Under the pieces are notes generated by a model that worked only from the letters and a program-made list of their open reading frames with translations, was not told where the DNA came from and did not search any database. A stretch of 63,072 nt of DNA, the filler included, from Olpidium bornovanus S191 (lineage: Eukaryota; Fungi; Olpidiomycota): the NCBI GenBank assembly GCA_017911155.1. It is 29 parts of 29 records of this genome, joined end to end, with 100 filler letters (N's around TTAATTAATTAA, not from the genome) between each part and the next. Parts side by side here need not be neighbours in the genome. Positions count along the whole stretch, not along the records: positions 60,348 to 61,797 come from JAEFCI010005215.1; positions 61,898 to 63,072 come from JAEFCI010002950.1; 27 more parts are not named here. One strand, given 5' to 3'. The translations under genes and the position numbers were made by a program. This document shows positions 60,404 to 63,072 of this stretch, piece after piece; positions within the stretch are counted from its first letter, which is position 1, and each line of letters starts with the position of its first letter.

Positions 60404-61797
60404 TCAGCGGTAATTTGGAGATGGTGGCACCTGTCCCTGAGGGCTATAATACGGGGCGTGCATCTGCGGCTGTGCGTAAGGCGACGATCCCGGCTGCCCG
60501 GTATGCGGAGGAGCAGGGTAAGTTGTGGGGTATAAATACGGCCGTTGCTGGTGCTGTGCGTACTGCTGCTGCTGCGTCTGTGGGTGCTGCTGCTGCTGCG
60601 GCGGGTGTGGGTGCTGAGGCGGAGGCAGCGAGGATTGTCCAAGCGGAACCGTGGTCGGTGGCGGGTACTGATATCCTGGTGGACAACCCGAATGGCCACC
60701 TGAGACCGAATGATGCCTTTGTGGGGGTTGCGGTTGCTGCTGCGTCGGCGGTGCATGGTCGCAGCTTGGAGCGGTTCCGGCACTAAGCGGGTTTGACATG
60801 CCATACGGCGGTTGTCGCGGCACGTTGTAGGGGCTGCCATCCGCCTGGTAGACAGGCGGCAAGCCTGTCTTAACCTGCTGCGGCGATTGCTGCTGAGATT
60901 GCTGCTGGGGTTGCTGCGATTGTTGCTGCGCTTGCTGGGTTGGGTGCTGCTGCGACGTTTGTTGAGAGGATGCCGACTGCTGCGCCTGGGACTGCGTCGG
61001 CACCTGGTAGGTTACGCTTTCCATGCAAGCTGCCGAGGAAGAGCTAGACGTGGCAGGCTTGCTGTGCGCGGAATCTAGAAGTTCGGCTGGTCGAAATGTA
61101 CGCAGTTGGAATACAGGAAAAAAGCAATTCAGGACGAAACGTGATGGCTGGCGGGGAATGTTACCCATATCCGCCGTCGTCAACGGTTTCATTTTCGGAA
61201 CCTGTTCTGAGGTTTTCGCGTTGTTTCCCGATGACGTTCCTGAAAAAAAAAGACATATTTTAGTCCTGGAGCTCAACATGAAGAGCGTGAGTCAAACGTC
61301 TTGTACCACATGTACTACAGAAGATATGTCGTACCATCATTTTCGTCCGGTAACGCCTCCAATATGTTCTCTACCGCGATTAACACGTCCCGCAAACCCG
61401 ACTTCAGCGACGCCAAGCTCTTCGAAGAGAGGTGTAAGTCTCTGAGTGCGGATGAGAGGTCAGAACGCGATCTCGGCGGAGGAAGGCACTCCTTATCTAA
61501 AAAAGGGTCGACCGGCGAGGCTAAATCAGCGATGCGCGTTCTGATAGATGCCCATTTCCGGTTGCTGTCGATTTGTGTAAAGCGACGTCGCCAGCGTCCG
61601 CAGAGTTAGTTACATATTCCATACCATACACCGTGATCCGAAGGACCGAACTGTGTGTGAGTGCGTGCGAAATGTCCATGTCTGAAAATTTCAAAGAGAG
61701 AAACTGTGTTAGTTCCTTCACCTTGTGCCCAGGAACGGCGAGACATCACACATGTCCACTACAGCTGACAACGTGAATCCCGGAGAAGTTGAGGTGC
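60404..61797 (-). CDS. Hypothetical protein with a Gln/Pro/Tyr-rich C-terminal domain, 5'-partial
   Basis: Exons reading VVDI|HGHFARTHTQFGPSDHGVC|NRKWASIRTRIADLASP..LIAVENILEALP, then a ~200-aa Q/P/Y-rich tract. Confidence 0.5.
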
Positions 61798-61897
61798 NNN
61801 NNNNNNNNNNNNNNNNNNNNNNNNNNNNNNNNNNNNNNNNNTTAATTAATTAANNNNNNNNNNNNNNNNNNNNNNNNNNNNNNNNNNNNNNNNNNNN

Positions 61898-62996
61898 CTC
61901 ATGACAGACAACGCTGCTCAACGCTTCGAATTTCTGCCTATCAAGTCGCTTACAGTACGATGAAGCCCAGGTGTTCTACCGACGAAAACCCGAGTTGTCG
62001 GTTGATTCTGTCTCCGCTTCCGACAGAAATGCCGAGCCAACCTCGAGCGGGGACGGCAACGAGGAAGGTGGCGACGACGGTGAGGGCGCAAAGGCTCCTG
62101 GTCGCAACCGGAAGGGTGCCGGGGGATTGCGGTCGGCTGGAGCCGCCTCACCCGTGCCACAACTTGGGACTCGACGGTCGAAGAGGGTTAAGTCATCGGC
62201 TCCCACGAAGTTAATGATCAAGAAAGCCGACACAGTCAAAGACATCAAAGTGAAGGTGCGGTTTTCAAACGCTTCGATGGAGTATAGAGTTATCTTTTCC
62301 ATTATCCGGCCGGGTCCATTCAAAGCGTTTCAATTACGGTTTTTCTTTTCCAGATAATGAAGGACCTAAAAGTCCCCCCGCTCTACCAACGACTGTACCT
62401 CGGGGATAAAGAGCTTGAAAACGAGAACACGGTGGAGGAGTTGAGAATACTTCCTGGGAGTTGTATCGACGTCGAAATTTTTGACGAGACGACCGCTGTT
62501 TGGGGAGCTGGTATGCGTACGTCTTTCAGAGCAAGCGGGGGGGAAAAAAACGACGTGCTAACTCGAAGTAAAATCAGATCCTATTCCGTCAAATCGAAAA
62601 GTGGAAAGCGGGTTCCAAGGTGTCACGCATCTTTCTGTTCGATTCCCCCCTGCCGAAAGTCCGGCGGTGCGCGCGCGCGTGTTCTCACGAGATTTTTTTT
62701 TTTGACCTGCGAACCCCTCACACTCAGGCACCGGTCTGCTAAGATCACCCACGCCGAAGCAGGCGCCGCGGCCGCCGCCGTTCGAGCGCCAGTTCCCGCT
62801 GGCGCAATCCGAAGAGGAGGCCGAGTTCCACCTGGCGGCCGCCCTCGCGGCGTCCCTGGGAAACGGCCGCCTCTGCGAATCCCCGGGGCCCTCCTCCGCC
62901 GGCGGCGCCGCCGGCTGGACGTGCGCGGCCTGCACGCTGCTCAACCGGGAGAATCCGGACGTCTGCGAGGCATGCCTTCTGCCGAAACCTCCGTAG
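61898..62996 (+). CDS. USP48: USP48/UBP26-type deubiquitinase C-terminus (UBL domain plus GF.GTGLL motif) with added UIM and NZF
   Basis: Exons to 62255, 62354-62510, 62578-62619 and 62728-62996: RRSKRVK..TVKDIKVK|IMKDLKVPPLYQRLYLGDKEL..ILPGSCI; VESGFQ|GTGLL (USP48 EEGFKGTGLL); EEEAEFHLAAALAASL; WTCAACTLLN..CEAC. Confidence 0.8.
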
Positions 62997-62997
62997 G

Positions 62998-63072
<75 letters not shown>

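Noticed and set aside
1-63072. A multi-gene cluster or operon (for example DET1 + F-box + USP48, or cyclase + RGS + TEX47)
   Set aside because: These genes lie on different contigs joined arbitrarily, so there is no evidence of physical linkage.
62998-63072. Poly(A) tail indicating cDNA or a retrocopy
   Set aside because: The adjacent gene retains its introns. The A-run starts 1 nt after the stop at a contig end and is most likely a genomic tract or artefact.

Overview
This window is not one locus. It is 29 short eukaryotic contigs (about 1-4 kb) joined by 28 artificial 100-nt linkers (N44-TTAATTAATTAA-N44), so adjacency across a linker means nothing. The DNA is GC-rich with many short GT-AG introns. 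The gene content is fungal (OPT transporter, ENA-type ATPase, Hmp1/CsbD-like protein) but includes genes typical of flagellated or early-diverging lineages (TEX47-like, DET1, animal-type class III cyclase, USP48, GBP-like). I infer a zoosporic early-diverging fungus (Olpidium- or chytrid-like); this is unverified. Recognisable genes, mostly partial and spliced: DET1, a CAMKL kinase with UBA, profilin, a GBP-like protein with CaaX, SEH1, an F-box protein, TAF7, OPT, TEX47, NBS1, an RGS protein, ENA ATPase, mitochondrial IleRS, an adenylyl cyclase, head-to-head RPB5 and UTP6, NDH-2 and USP48, plus copia and gypsy remnants. Main signals: (1) a GBP-type helical/coiled-coil protein ending in a CaaX box; (2) a Tat-signal bacterial GH127/146 gene fused to a copia fragment exactly at a CATG, while 17 contig ends are CATG, which points to NlaIII-type digestion/ligation chimerism rather than gene transfer; (3) DET1 and TEX47 in a fungus; (4) USP48 with an extra UIM plus NZF tail; (5) unusual splicing features and unexplained repeat arrays. 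All family assignments come from motif recognition by eye; no database search was run. I saw no rRNA, tRNA or CRISPR array.
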